Source: a bacterium
GTDB lineage: Bacteria; Patescibacteriota; CPR2; UBA1875; CAIMLA01
DNA: 64,000 bases
Reading direction: 5' to 3'
NCBI GenBank assembly: GCA_037129835.1
Contig: JBAXUE010000002.1
Location: forward strand, 2,334-66,333
Numbering within the stretch: the first letter of the stretch is position 1; every line of letters begins with the position of its first letter. Below are positions 9,694-20,500 of this stretch, piece by piece. Below the pieces are notes generated by a model. That model searched no databases and had not been told where the DNA came from. It saw only the letters and a program-made list of their open reading frames with translations. Made by a program: the position numbers and the translations under genes.

Positions 9694-9722
9694 AAATATT
9701 AAATAAAATATTCCCCGCCCTC

Positions 9723-9800
9723 TGTCATCCTGAGGAGCGAAATGGAATTTTTGCGACGTGAGGATCTCGGCAGATTGCCGCGCTTCGCTCGCAATGACGG
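9723..9800 (+). repeat. Palindromic intergenic element of the TGTCATCC...GGATCTC...ATGAC family (copy 1)
   Basis: 5' TGTCATCC, internal GAGGATCTC, 3' GCAATGACGG. The outer arms TGTCAT..AGCGAA and TTCGCT..ATGACG are inverted. It lies in the trxA-tig spacer. Confidence 0.5.
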
Positions 9801-9808
9801 AGATAAAT

Positions 9809-11095
9809 ATGAAAATTACACGAGAAGACCTAAAAGATAATAAAATTAAACTAACTATAGAGGTCGAAGCAGCTCGGCTGGCACTCGCTATCGATGAAGT
9901 ATATGCGAAGCTAGCGCCAACTGTGAAAATTTCCGGGTTTCGTCCTGGGAAGGCTCCAAAGAATATCGTCGAAAAAGAAGTCGGTAGTGAACGGTTTCAG
10001 TCTGAAGTTCTTGATATTATATTGCCTCAAACGTACTATGACGCTATCGTTAAAGAAAATTTAGAACCAGTCGGTGCACCAGAAGTAAAAATGATTAGTT
10101 ATGTGCCAAGTGACGGAATAAAATACGAAGCTGTGCTTGAAACAATGCCGAAGGTAACCGTTCCAGACATTACTAAAATCAGTGTCAAAAAAGATAAAAT
10201 CGAAGTAGGCGAAAAGGAAATTCTAGAAGTCCTAGTTGATTTATCTCGTCAATTAGCAAAAACAGTTGAAGTAAAACGACCAGCAAAAGCGGGGGATAAA
10301 CTCGAAATAGATTTCGAGGGGTTTATCGATAATATAGCATTTGATGGTGGTAACGGTGTCATGCAGCCATTAGTTCTCGGTTCTGGCGCTTTTATACCTG
10401 GTTTCGAAGAACAGCTCGAGGGCACAAAAGCTAAAGACGAAAAAGAAGTCGTAGTAACTTTTCCTAAGGAATATCATGCCGATAATTTAAAGGGAAAAGT
10501 AGCCACTTTTAAGGTAAAAGTGAACAAGGTTGAAGAGATAATAATGCCCGAACTTACAGATGCTTTTGCCAAAGAAGTAGGACCTTTTACGGATTTAGCT
10601 ACCCTGAAGGCAGACATAAAGAAGCAATTAATTTTTACCAAAGAAACCCAAGGACGCAGAAAAACTGAGGATGAGATTTTGGCGAAAATTGCCGATAAGG
10701 CAAGCTTTACCGTACCTGAAACTTTAATAGACCAGGAGCAACATAGAATGTTCCACGATGCAGAAAGTGGCTTAGCTCAGCAGGGAATGACTCTAGAGGG
10801 TTATCTTTCGGCAAATAACAAAACGAAAGAAGAGCTAGAAAAAGAAATGAGGCCAGAGGCCGAAAAGCGAGTAAAAATCGGGATGATACTATCCCAGCTT
10901 TCAAAAGACAAGGGCTATAAAGCAGGTGAGATCGAGATTGCTAAATACCTTGAGGACAGAATCGCGTCTACTCCAGAGGAACAAAGAGACGAAGCTAAAA
11001 AATACTACGAATCACACGATGGTAGGCATCAGCTAGAGAATGCGATCATCGGCAATAAAGTTCTAGAGTACATTTACGAAACTTGTACAAAATAA
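9809..11095 (+). CDS. tig: Trigger factor
   Basis: N-terminal MKITREDLKDNKIKLTIEV is the typical TF ribosome-binding domain start. It has a PPIase middle and a C-terminal domain. A GGAGA RBS precedes the ATG at 9809. Confidence 0.85.
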   Translation: MKITREDLKDNKIKLTIEVEAARLALAIDEVYAKLAPTVKISGFRPGKAPKNIVEKEVGSERFQSEVLDIILPQTYYDAIVKENLEPVGAPEVKMISYVPSDGIKYEAVLETMPKVTVPDITKISVKKDKIEVGEKEILEVLVDLSRQLAKTVEVKRPAKAGDKLEIDFEGFIDNIAFDGGNGVMQPLVLGSGAFIPGFEEQLEGTKAKDEKEVVVTFPKEYHADNLKGKVATFKVKVNKVEEIIMPELTDAFAKEVGPFTDLATLKADIKKQLIFTKETQGRRKTEDEILAKIADKASFTVPETLIDQEQHRMFHDAESGLAQQGMTLEGYLSANNKTKEELEKEMRPEAEKRVKIGMILSQLSKDKGYKAGEIEIAKYLEDRIASTPEEQRDEAKKYYESHDGRHQLENAIIGNKVLEYIYETCTK

Positions 11096-11112
11096 AATAA
11101 ATATTTAATAAT

Positions 11113-11142
11113 AAAATAGAGCCTTATTTGAGGCTCTATTTT
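11113..11142. terminator. Bidirectional hairpin terminator between the convergent tig and membrane-protein genes
   Basis: AAAATAGAGCC-ttatttg-AGGCTCTATTTT, an 11-bp stem flanked by A/T runs on both strands. Confidence 0.6.
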
Positions 11143-11154
11143 ATTCGGTATTAA

Positions 11155-11925
11155 TTAACCTTTAATTGAGACAAGATCTTCGTAGATTGAATAAACGTAA
11201 GCGAGTTCCAGTGGAATAATAAAAAAGTCAATAACTAAGCCACTGCCTTGTATTGTTATGCTTAAAATCAAAAATGCCAGGCTGGCTATCAGACCAAATA
11301 GGACAATTCTACCTAGAATAGCCCAGCGATAGCCTTTTGTAAGTTCTGCACTTCGAGAAAAAACGGCGAAGCCTCTTTTACCTTCGGCGATATACACCAT
11401 AGAAATCAGATAGTACATCAGTGCAATAATTATGCCTGGTACAATTAAGAATATTGAACCTATTGTTACCATTACCCACTCCACTATTAGTAAGCCCATA
11501 AGTGGTAGAAAATTCTTTAGCGCAAACAAAATAGAAGCGTTGATATTTTCTTTATCATTACTGGCGGTTTTAATAACAGAACGTTCTATGGCAACAGCCA
11601 TAAACATTTCGACTATTATAAAAAGAACAATCCCAATCAGTAACATCCCAATGTTATTTGTTGGTATCGTTGGAAATAGGTCTTTTCCGTTATATGTAAT
11701 GATCGTCCAAATTATTGGGCCGAAAGTTATTACGCCAATAATAAATAAGACAGCGAACATTATCGCGATTAATACTGAGGTTTGAACCCAGCCCTGTGTA
11801 AAGATTTCCCAAGAACTTTTGATAAGCTCTACAAAACCACGGATTTTTGTTTTTTCGCCAACGGTTTTCGCTGATGCGTGGACCGTTGCATTTTCTGCTT
11901 TCTTTGCTACGACTTTATTAGCCAT
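11155..11925 (-). CDS. Polytopic membrane protein of unknown function
   Basis: An AAGGAG RBS precedes the ATG at 11925 (MANKVVAKK...). There are about 6 predicted TM helices and no recognisable catalytic motif. Confidence 0.55.
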   Translation of the reverse strand: MANKVVAKKAENATVHASAKTVGEKTKIRGFVELIKSSWEIFTQGWVQTSVLIAIMFAVLFIIGVITFGPIIWTIITYNGKDLFPTIPTNNIGMLLIGIVLFIIVEMFMAVAIERSVIKTASNDKENINASILFALKNFLPLMGLLIVEWVMVTIGSIFLIVPGIIIALMYYLISMVYIAEGKRGFAVFSRSAELTKGYRWAILGRIVLFGLIASLAFLILSITIQGSGLVIDFFIIPLELAYVYSIYEDLVSIKG

Positions 11926-12030
11926 AAATTCTCCTTTAATAATATGCTTATTATTAGTTAGTGTCTTTCGCAAGTCAATAGTTATATAAAGCGAATTCTT
12001 TGTATGTTAAAATATATTTACTATAAATTT

Positions 12031-12105
12031 TGTCATCCCTGGTCGCAAACCCAGGGATCTCTCTCGGCCCATCCGAAGGAGATCCTCACTTTCGTAAGGA
12101 TGACA
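12031..12105 (+). repeat. Palindromic intergenic element of the TGTCATCC family (copy 2), in the clpP 5' leader
   Basis: TGTCATCC at the 5' end, an 8-bp hairpin ATCCCTGG/CCAGGGAT, the GGATCTC box, an inverted GAGATCC, and a terminal GGATGACA. An AAGGAG RBS lies immediately downstream. Confidence 0.55.
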
Positions 12106-12126
12106 CTGGAAGAATAAGGAGTAATT

Positions 12127-12756
12127 ATGAACGAAAACCATTCGACGAGCTCAGGTCTTGTCGGCAGTCAAATACTTATCCCCACAGTTATTCAAAAGAC
12201 TCATCTTGGAGAGCGCGCCTATGATATTTATTCAAAGCTACTAGAGGATAGAATAATATTCTTGGGCACTGGAATAGACGATACAGTTGCTAATCTTGTT
12301 ATCGCACAACTCTTATATCTTGAGAGTATTGATACCAAGAAAGATATAACTATGTATATCAATAGTCCTGGCGGAAGTGTTTCTTCGGCAATGGCGATAT
12401 ACGATACAATGCAATATTTGAAGCCAGATGTTTCAACTGTATGTTTGGGGATGTCTGCTAGTGCTGCGGCACTATTATTATCTTCGGGAGCAAAAGGTAA
12501 AAGATTTTCATTACCGAATTCAAGAGTCCTCATTCACCAACCTCTAGTTGAGGGTATGGCAGGACAAGCCACTGATATTGAGATTCATACTAAAGAACTT
12601 TTAAGAATTAAAAAACAGTTAGCAGAAATACTGGCTTCAAATACTGGTCAGAAAATAGAGAAGATTAATAATGATGTTGAACGTGATTACATAATGTCTG
12701 CTGACGAGGCAAAGAAATACGGGATTGTAGATGAGATTATAAGGAAAAGGAAATAA
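12127..12756 (+). CDS. clpP: ATP-dependent Clp protease proteolytic subunit
   Basis: Ser-His-Asp triad context ([15 protein letters not shown]) and about 209 aa. No clpX follows it. Confidence 0.9.
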   Translation: MNENHSTSSGLVGSQILIPTVIQKTHLGERAYDIYSKLLEDRIIFLGTGIDDTVANLVIAQLLYLESIDTKKDITMYINSPGGSVSSAMAIYDTMQYLKPDVSTVCLGMSASAAALLLSSGAKGKRFSLPNSRVLIHQPLVEGMAGQATDIEIHTKELLRIKKQLAEILASNTGQKIEKINNDVERDYIMSADEAKKYGIVDEIIRKRK

Positions 12757-12992
12757 TCACTCTATAAGATTGTCATTCCCGTGAAGGCGGTATTCTAGTA
12801 TCATGAACCCATAGTACTGATTATTTTCCATTTTCTCTTGAAAGAAAATGGAGTTAAGTTCAAGAAAAATCGAACTTCTTCGACTTTGTACGAAATTCGC
12901 TCCGCGTAATTTCTAGCATTCGTCGATAGTCGGGTGCTCGGCACCAAAGCAATTTTTCACAAGAATTAACGATTGATTAATTCATCCTCCAT

Positions 12993-13066
12993 TGTCATCC
13001 CTGGTCACAAACCCAGGGATCTCTCCAGAGCCCCAGAAGAATATTCTCGCTTTTGTGAAAATGATA
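12993..13066 (+). repeat. Palindromic intergenic element of the TGTCATCC family (copy 3), in the leader of the NIF3-like gene
   Basis: The first 34 nt are near-identical to copy 2 (TTGTCATCCCTGGTCaCAAACCCAGGGATCTCTC). The 3' end (AAATGATAAT) is degenerate. Confidence 0.5.
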
Positions 13067-13086
13067 ATAAGAAAGGAAAAAGAAGT

Positions 13087-14040
13087 ATGAAACTGCAAGA
13101 AATATATGAACTATTTGTCAAAAAGGGGATTGAAAACGATCCAAGGGGAAAAGAGCGGATCAAAAAAATCCTTGATAGCGAAAAGAAGAAGTACGAGAAA
13201 CTAGACAAAAAAGATAAGCAATATTACGACAAAGAGAAACTTACAAATCCTTTTGCCGACACCAGAATTCTTTTTGGTGATAAAGATACTGAAGTAAAAA
13301 GAATCCTTGTTGGTGTTGATATGGAAGTCGGAGAAGTCCTACTTGCAGATAGATTATCCGAAAAGGGTAAAAAAATTGATTTGGTTCTCGCTCATCATCC
13401 TGAGGGGATTGCTCTTGCAGGACTCGATGAAGTGATGCATCTACAAGCTGATGTCCTCAGCCAATATGGAGTCCCTATCAATATCGCAGAAGGTGTTATC
13501 GCGGGGAGGATCAAGGAAGTTTCTAGGGGCCTTGCACCAGTAAATCATCAAAGAGCGGTGGATGCTGCCAGAATTTTAGACATTCCGATGATGTGTTCTC
13601 ATACAGTTGCCGATAACATGGTCTACGAATTTGTAAAAGATATTATGGACAAAGAAAAACCAGAGACCGTCGGGGAAGTATTGGATTTGTTACTTACAAT
13701 TCCTGAATATCAGGAAGGTAAGAAACTAGGCGCTGGCCCAAGGTTGTTTACTGGTAGTCCAGAAAACCGGGCTGGTAAAGTCGCAGTAACCGAAATGACC
13801 GGTGGTACTAGTGGAGCCAAGGAAATATTTGAAAAGATGTCTCACGCGGGTATCGGCACTGTTATTGGTATGCACATGAGCGAAGAACATCGCAAAGAAG
13901 CTGAAAAATATCACCTCAATGTCGTCATTGCTGGTCACATGGCCTCAGACTCTCTTGGCATGAATCTACTACTCGATGAAATTGAGAAAAAGAACGTGGA
14001 AATATTACCAGTCAGTGGCCTAATCCGGGTCAAGAGATAA
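13087..14040 (+). CDS. NIF3/YqfO-family dinuclear-metal-centre protein (inferred)
   Basis: An AAGGAAA RBS precedes the ATG at 13087. An MKLQEI start, an HHP motif (LVLAHHPEG) and a C-terminal GHMASD motif (GHYASE-like) are typical of NIF3. There is a central insertion. Confidence 0.5.
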   Translation: MKLQEIYELFVKKGIENDPRGKERIKKILDSEKKKYEKLDKKDKQYYDKEKLTNPFADTRILFGDKDTEVKRILVGVDMEVGEVLLADRLSEKGKKIDLVLAHHPEGIALAGLDEVMHLQADVLSQYGVPINIAEGVIAGRIKEVSRGLAPVNHQRAVDAARILDIPMMCSHTVADNMVYEFVKDIMDKEKPETVGEVLDLLLTIPEYQEGKKLGAGPRLFTGSPENRAGKVAVTEMTGGTSGAKEIFEKMSHAGIGTVIGMHMSEEHRKEAEKYHLNVVIAGHMASDSLGMNLLLDEIEKKNVEILPVSGLIRVKR

Positions 14041-14043
14041 TCG

Positions 14044-14072
14044 TTGACAAAAACATTATTTTAGTATAGATT
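14044..14072 (+). promoter_or_regulatory. Possible promoter (TTGACA plus a weak -10) upstream of rpoB
   Basis: A perfect TTGACA at 14044-14049. The best -10 candidates (TAGATT at 17 nt, TATAGA at 15 nt) are imperfect. Confidence 0.3.
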
Positions 14073-14210
14073 TATTACTACAGCTTAACGGAATAAGCAA
14101 AAAACGAGGGAAATATTTCTCGCTTTTGCTTGTTTTAGCTCAAAAACAAAGGAATTAAGAACAAACCCTTAGTAATTTTATTAAAAATAATATAAGGAGC
14201 GAGTATTTTT

Positions 14211-17200
14211 ATGGCCAAAAAATCGCTTGATTTCGTATCAGAGTCCAAGACTGGACGCAAATATTTTAACCCATCACCGGATGTTTTAGCACTTCCAAAT
14301 CTTACGGAAGTACAAACAGACAGTTTCAAATGGTTTCTGAGAGAGGGACTCGCAGAGCTTTTTGAAGAAGTTTCTCCGATAGAGGATTATACAGGAAAGA
14401 TTCTTTCCATTGACTTCAAAGATTATAATATCGGCGAAGCAAAATATACTGAAAAAATTGCTAAAGAAAAAAAGGTAACCTACGAAGCTCCTCTTAAGGC
14501 AAACGTAGAGATACTTAGCAAAGAAACTGGCAAGAAAAAAATCCAAGAAGTTTTTCTTGGTGATATGCCTGTTATGACAGAACGTGGAACATTTATTATC
14601 AACGGTGTTGAGCGTGTTGTAGTATCTCAGCTGGTTCGTTCTCCTGGAGTGTACTTTACTTCTGAAGAGACAAATAACGGAACTGTATTTGGCGCAAAAG
14701 TAATACCTGGCCGTGGCGCTTGGCTCGAAATCGAGACTTCACCTCAAGATGGCATTTACGCAAAGATTGATAGAAAAAGAAAAATTCCTATCACTACACT
14801 TCTTCGTGCTTTTGGATATTCTACCGATGAAGAAATCAAAAAACTTTTCCATGATGTAAATACAAACAAAGAGCGCGATTTTATCGCCATCACCCTAGAA
14901 AAAGATCCTGCCAGAACTCAAGGCGAGGCTTTTGTAGAGGTTTATAAACGTATCAGACCTGGCGATCTAGCTACTGTAGAAAATGCTCGTAGTTTTATCG
15001 AAGGTATTTTCTTTGATGTAAAGAAATATGACATCTCAAGAGTTGGCCGTTATAAAATGAATAAACGACTTGGTGAAGAAATCAAAAATACCCGTGCAAA
15101 CAGGATTTTTAGACGCGAAGACTTAGTTCACATTATTCACGAAATTATTCGTTTAAATAATGAGGGCGGCGTAGCAGATGATATTGATCACATGGGAAAT
15201 CGTCGTGTCAGAACTGTTGGTGAGCTAATTCAACAAAAATTTAGAATCGGTCTAGCTAGAACTGAAAGAAACATAAAAGACAGAATGTCTATCTATGAGC
15301 CAGAAACAGTTACTGCTAGTCAGCTGATCAACGTTCGTCCAATAGTTGCATCTGTTCGAGAGTTTTTCGCAAGCTCTCAGCTTTCTCAATTTATGGATCA
15401 AACTAATCCACTAACAGAACTAGCACACAAAAGACGTCTATCCTCTCTAGGGCCGGGCGGACTTTCTCGTGAAAGAGCTGGCTTCGAAGTACGTGACGTA
15501 CACAAAACACATTACGGCAGAATTTGCCCGATTGAAACTCCAGAAGGACCAAATATCGGACTTGTGAATTCACTCGCATCTTTTGCAAAAATAAATAGTT
15601 ATGGTTTTATTGAAACACCTTATCGTGTTGTTGAAAAAGATAAAAAAGGTATCCCATTTGCTACTACTAAGATTGAATATTTGGCTGCTGATGATGAAGA
15701 AAAAATGATCATTGCTCAGGCGAATACACCAGTTGATGAAAAAGGATATTTCTTGACCAAAACAGCGATAGCTCGTAGAAATGGTGAAGCAGATGAAGTA
15801 AAAGTAGAAGAACTCGACTACACAGACGTTGCGACTGAGCAACCAGTGAGTATTTCCACTTCTCTTATTCCTTTTGTCGAACATGATGATGCTCGTCGTG
15901 CACTTATGGGCGCGAACATGCAACGTCAGGCTGTTTCTGTTATCAAACCACAAGCTCCTATAGTCGGTACTGGTAACGAAGCTCGCTCGGCGCAAGATTC
16001 CGGACAAATTATCCTTGCCAAAGCGGCTGGAGAAGTTCTTTCTTCTACTGCAGACATGATAAAAGTCAAATACGCTGACGACAAAGAAGATATATATGTT
16101 TTAAACAAATTTAAACAAACCAACAGTGATACATGTATTAACCAACATCCTGTCGTAAATAAAGGTGATAAATTCAAAAAAGGCGATTTGCTTGTAGATG
16201 GTACAGCTACTGAAGGTGGTGAGCTAGCACTTGGACAAAATGTCTTAGTTGGCTTTATGTGTTGGGGCGGTAACAACTATGAGGACGCTATTATATTGTC
16301 TCAGCGTTTAGTAGAAGATGACCGTTATACCTCTATTCATCTAGACGAATTCCATATCGATGTGCGCGATACCAAGCTAGGGCCAGAGCTTATTACAAGA
16401 GATATTCCAAACGTTGGTGATGAAGCTTTACGCGATCTTGACGAAGGCGGAGTTATTAGAACTGGTGCTGAAGTGGTCGCTGGAGATATCCTTGTTGGTA
16501 AGATTACACCAAAGGGTGAAACCGAGCTAACTGCCGAGGAAAGACTACTTAGAGCTATTTTCGGTGAAAAAGCTAGAGATGTAAAAGACAGTTCTCTAAG
16601 AGTTCCACCTGGAGTTCATGGAAAAATTGTAAACATCAAAACCAAGAGCAGAGATAAGGGTGACGAATTACAAGCAGGCGTAATAATGCAGGTTTATGTA
16701 ATGGTTGCTCAAATGCGTAAGATTGCAGTCGGCGATAAAATGGCCGGGCGTCATGGTAATAAAGGTGTTATTGCGAAGATACTACCGATAGAAGATATGC
16801 CGTATCTAGAAGATGGTACTCCGATGGACGTACTTCTAAATCCTCAAGGTACTTCACAGCGTCTAAACTTCGGTCAGGTTCTAGAGACTCATCTAGGTTG
16901 GGCTGCAGCTGCACTGGGAATCAAAGTAGCGTCGCCAGTATTCAACGGAGTCAAGGTTGAACAAATCAAGGCACTTCTTAAAGAGGCTGGTCTTCCAGAA
17001 GACGGAAGAGCGCAATTGTATGATGGAAGAACTGGTGAGCCTTTTGCTGAAAGAACCGTTGTTGGATATAAATATTTTCTTAAACTATTGCATCTTGTCG
17101 AAGACAAGATCCACGCTCGTTCTATAGGGCCGTACGCGATGGTTACCCAGCAACCACTTGGTGGTAAGGCTCAGTTTGGTGGTCAGAGATTCGGTGAAAT

Positions 17201-17594
17201 GGAAGTTTGGGCACTCGAAGCTTATGGTGCCGCTCATACTCTCCAAGAAATTCTAACTATTAAATCGGATGACGTAATTGGTCGTTCAAAGGCTTATGAA
17301 TCTACTATAAAAGGCGAAGATATCAAAGAGCCTAGAGTTCCTGAGTCATTCAACGTACTTGTTAAGGAGCTTCAGGGCCTTGGTCTCGCAGTAGACCTTA
17401 TTGCCGAAGAAGCAGAGGGTGAAGTTGTAATCGAGGCAGAAAAAGTAATTGAAGAGAGTTATGAGGAAAATATCGAAGAACTAAAGGGCGATAAGCTTAT
17501 AATAGGCGATAGTGCAGAACAAATGTTGCCGACAATTGATGTAGACGCAGATGGCGCGATCGATGAGTTCGAAGTGCTAGAGGAGAATAAATAA
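14211..17594 (+). CDS. rpoB: DNA-directed RNA polymerase subunit beta
   Basis: Unmistakable beta-subunit conserved regions along about 1127 aa. Confidence 0.97.
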   Translation: MAKKSLDFVSESKTGRKYFNPSPDVLALPNLTEVQTDSFKWFLREGLAELFEEVSPIEDYTGKILSIDFKDYNIGEAKYTEKIAKEKKVTYEAPLKANVEILSKETGKKKIQEVFLGDMPVMTERGTFIINGVERVVVSQLVRSPGVYFTSEETNNGTVFGAKVIPGRGAWLEIETSPQDGIYAKIDRKRKIPITTLLRAFGYSTDEEIKKLFHDVNTNKERDFIAITLEKDPARTQGEAFVEVYKRIRPGDLATVENARSFIEGIFFDVKKYDISRVGRYKMNKRLGEEIKNTRANRIFRREDLVHIIHEIIRLNNEGGVADDIDHMGNRRVRTVGELIQQKFRIGLARTERNIKDRMSIYEPETVTASQLINVRPIVASVREFFASSQLSQFMDQTNPLTELAHKRRLSSLGPGGLSRERAGFEVRDVHKTHYGRICPIETPEGPNIGLVNSLASFAKINSYGFIETPYRVVEKDKKGIPFATTKIEYLAADDEEKMIIAQANTPVDEKGYFLTKTAIARRNGEADEVKVEELDYTDVATEQPVSISTSLIPFVEHDDARRALMGANMQRQAVSVIKPQAPIVGTGNEARSAQDSGQIILAKAAGEVLSSTADMIKVKYADDKEDIYVLNKFKQTNSDTCINQHPVVNKGDKFKKGDLLVDGTATEGGELALGQNVLVGFMCWGGNNYEDAIILSQRLVEDDRYTSIHLDEFHIDVRDTKLGPELITRDIPNVGDEALRDLDEGGVIRTGAEVVAGDILVGKITPKGETELTAEERLLRAIFGEKARDVKDSSLRVPPGVHGKIVNIKTKSRDKGDELQAGVIMQVYVMVAQMRKIAVGDKMAGRHGNKGVIAKILPIEDMPYLEDGTPMDVLLNPQGTSQRLNFGQVLETHLGWAAAALGIKVASPVFNGVKVEQIKALLKEAGLPEDGRAQLYDGRTGEPFAERTVVGYKYFLKLLHLVEDKIHARSIGPYAMVTQQPLGGKAQFGGQRFGEMEVWALEAYGAAHTLQEILTIKSDDVIGRSKAYESTIKGEDIKEPRVPESFNVLVKELQGLGLAVDLIAEEAEGEVVIEAEKVIEESYEENIEELKGDKLIIGDSAEQMLPTIDVDADGAIDEFEVLEENK

Positions 17595-20500
17595 TGATAA
17601 TTAGCGAAACAAAAAACGATCATTTCAAAGCAATTAAACTATCTATCGCATCACCAAAACATATTTTGGATTGGTCTCATGGAGAGGTAACAAAACCAGA
17701 AACGATAAACTATCGTACTTTAAAGCCAGAAAAAGATGGTCTGTTTTGTGAGAAAATATTTGGCCCCGCGAAAGACTGGGAATGTTATTGCGGCAAATAT
17801 AAGAGAATCCGATATAAGGGCGTTATTTGTGACCGTTGTGGAGTAGAGGTTACTCGTTCTATAGTTCGAAGAGAACGAATGGGACACATCAAGCTCGCGG
17901 TTCCTGTCACTCATATCTGGTTCCTACGTGGCGTTCCTAGCTCAATAGGTTTAACATTAAACCTATCTGCAAGAGATTTAGAAAAAGTTGCTTATTTTGC
18001 TAATTACATCATTTTGTCAGTTGACGAGGATGCAAAAATAGCTTCAAAAAAGAAGATAGATGAAGAATTTAAGGCTAGAAAAACTGAAATAGAGGCAACT
18101 GTAAAAGATGCCGAAGAGAGACAATCTCAGGTAGAAGATTTAGAGCAATACCGCGCTGCTGCTCGCGATGATCTAAATCAGATTAATAAGTTAGAAATTA
18201 TTTCCGAGTCAAAATATCGTGATTTTTCACTAAAATATGGCGAAGTATTTTCTGCGGGCATTGGTGCAGAGGCAATTCAATCTCTACTTGAGGGAATTGA
18301 CCTAGAACAGCTTGTCACTTCTCTAAGAACAGAAGTTGAAACAGCTCAAGGTGTCAAAAGAAAGAAATCAATCAAGAGACTCAAACTTATTGAGGGATTC
18401 GTAGCCGCACAAATTCGACCTGAGTGGATGATAACAACGATTTTACCTGTTATCCCACCAGATCTTCGACCAATGGTACAGCTTGATGGTGGTAGATTCG
18501 CTACTTCAGACTTAAATGATCTATATCGAAGGGTTATAAACAGAAATACTCGTCTCAAGAAATTACTTGATATGGACGCACCAGAAGTTATCTGCAGAAA
18601 TGAAAAACGTATGCTGCAAGAAGCTGTTGACGCTCTTATTGATAACAATGCCCGAAGAGACAAAAACGTTTCAATGGCATCAAGTCGTAAGAAACTCCGT
18701 TCAATCGCAGATATGTTGAAGGGCAAACAAGGTAGATTTAGACAGAACTTACTCGGTAAACGTGTTGACTACTCTGGACGTTCAGTTATTGTGGTTGGTC
18801 CATATTTGAAACTAGATCAATGTGGTCTTCCTAAGATGATGGCTCTTGAGCTTTTCAAACCTTTTGTTATCTCGAAATTAATAACTGATGGCATCGCTCA
18901 TAATGTAAAGAGCGCCAGCAGAATGATTGAAAGAGGCAGAAACGAAGTTTGGGATGCGCTTGATGATGTTATTAAGGGCAAATATGTTCTATTGAATCGT
19001 GCTCCAACTCTTCATAGACTTGGTATACAAGCTTTTAAACCAGTACTTATCGAGGGTAAGGCAATTCAGATTCACCCATTAGTATGTTCGGCTTTCAACG
19101 CCGACTTTGATGGTGATCAAATGGCTGTTCATGTGCCACTTTCAGTTCAGGCACAAAAAGAAGCTGCAGAAATAATGCTTTCTACTAAAAATCTACTTAA
19201 ACCAGCCGCTGGTGAACCAGTGGTTAAGGCTTCACAGGATATTATCTTAGGTATCTATTGGATGACAGTTATCCCAGAAACAAAAGAAACCAAGGATTCA
19301 AAGGATATGAAGGCTTATTCAACTAAAGAAGAAGCTATTATGTCTTATGATCTAGGCTATATAAGCGTTCGTGAGCAAATTAAGGCTCCAGTAGAAGGAG
19401 TGTTAATCGAAACTACGGTAGGAAGACTGCTATTCAATGAAATTCTTCCTGAAGGTTACGGTTATATCAATAACGAGCTCACTTCAAAGAAATTAACAGC
19501 TATTATTGAAACCATATTCCGTGATTTTGGTGATGTAGAAACTGTTAAATTTGTAGATAAAATGAAGGACCTAGGTTTCGAATTTTCTACACTTTCTGGT
19601 TTGTCACTTTCTATGGACGATTTCAAAATTCCTTCTGATAAAGCGGAAATATTAGCTAAATTTGGTCTAAAAGAAGAACATACAGCGACCCAATACAACG
19701 AAGGTTTGATCACTAGTGACGAAAAATATGCCAAGACTTTGGAAATTTGGATGGAAGCTCGTGACGAAGTAATGAATTCAATGGCCAGAGAGATGGATCC
19801 GAATTCTTCAGCTGCTATTATGATGAACTCAGGAGCTCGTGGTAATCTATCGCAAATGGCGCAGATGGCTGGAATGAAGGGCTTGGTAGTTAATGCTTCG
19901 GGCAGAACTATTGAGTTCCCAATCAAATCAAACTACAAAGAAGGTTTATCATCACTAGAATACTTCTCATCAACTCACGGCGCACGTAAAGGACTTTCAG
20001 ATACAGCCCTAAAGACTTCTGACTCTGGCTACCTTACTCGTCGTCTTGTAGACGTTGCTCAAGAGGTGATCGTTACCGAAAAAGATTGTGGTACCAAAAG
20101 AGGTACTGTTATTACTCGTGGCGATAGCTCAAAGATCGGTGAAGATTTTGCAGCTCGCGTCATCAGCCGGGTACTTGCCAAAGATGTCGTAGTCGAAAAA
20201 ACTGGCGAAATTATCCTAAAAAAGGGTGTTCTAGTTGGTACAGAAGAATTTGCAAAGATAGAAGATGCGAAAATCGACGAAGTTACCATCCGTTCTGCTC
20301 TTACCTGTGAATCGGTTTGGGGTATTTGTCAGCATTGTTATGGTTCAGACTTAGCCAGAGGCGGAATGATCGCTCTAGGTGAGGCAGTTGGTATTATCGC
20401 TGCTCAATCTATTGGTGAGCCAGGTACTCAGCTAACGATGAGAACTTTCCATGCTGGTGGTATCGCGGGTATCGATATTACTCAGGGTCTACCTCGTGTT

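Noticed and set aside
12030-12224. ORF 12030-12224 and the 5'-extended starts of the 12973 and 9758 ORFs
   Set aside because: They run through the TGTCATCC palindromic elements and lack an RBS. The RBS-backed internal starts (12127 clpP, 13087 NIF3-like, 9809 tig) are preferred.
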